DNA from: the human T2T-CHM13v2.0 reference genome, Homo sapiens
DNA: 64,000 nt
Strand: one strand, 5' to 3'
Assembly (NCBI RefSeq): GCF_009914755.1
Contig: NC_060930.1
Position numbers and translations under genes: made by a program. This document shows, piece by piece, positions 63,752 through 64,000 of the stretch (its first letter is position 1; the number at the start of each line of letters is the position of its first letter). Below the pieces are notes generated by a model. That model did no database searches, had not been told where the DNA came from, and worked only from the letters and a program-made list of their open reading frames with translations.

Positions 63752-64000
63752 TTAAACTCAAACTAAGATATTTTTTAAATTTGGGGTATTTTCTGGGATA
63801 TCTGATTACCTAAAACAAACTATTAAAATATGCAGTTTTTAAGAACTGAATTTAACAAGCTCTCTAGGAACCAGGAACTATGCATTTCACAGAGGCACTC
63901 TCTTGGTGCTTAGTATGCAAAGAGAAGATGAGAAGATGAGAGCATTTTCTTTGCCCACTAATTTCGCTAATTTGTGTTATTGGGTGATCATATATCCTTA

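Overview
Primate (most likely human or great-ape) nuclear DNA of intronic/intergenic character. A large share of it is interspersed repeats: about 30 Alu copies, many with visible target-site duplications (TSDs); two long old L1M elements with nested insertions; several L1PA 3' fragments; MaLR/ERV solo LTRs (MLT1, MST, THE1, MER31-like); DNA-transposon fossils (Tigger2-derived, MER5, MER58, MER104, half MADE1); MIR/L2/CR1 relics; and purine-rich or TA-rich microsatellites. I recognise no protein-coding exon. The longest ORFs are repeat-derived and none of the others matches a protein I recognise. There is no prokaryotic-type system (CRISPR, operon, rRNA/tRNA), and I found no evidence of a new biological system. 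The best functional candidate is a repeat-free, CpG-retaining island at ~29.6-31.0 kb. It holds two minus-strand candidate exons that splice in frame (98 open codons) and one opposing plus-strand candidate exon. Further plus-strand non-coding exon candidates lie at 46.6 kb and 57.2-57.8 kb. Structural oddities: a perfect 30-bp palindrome, an AT-rich inverted duplication, a dispersed duplication with a 36-bp identical core, an old/young L1 chimera, and a (GAA)23/(GCA) repeat inside an MLT1 LTR. Repeat subfamily calls come from remembered consensus similarity, and boundaries are approximate unless TSDs are cited.
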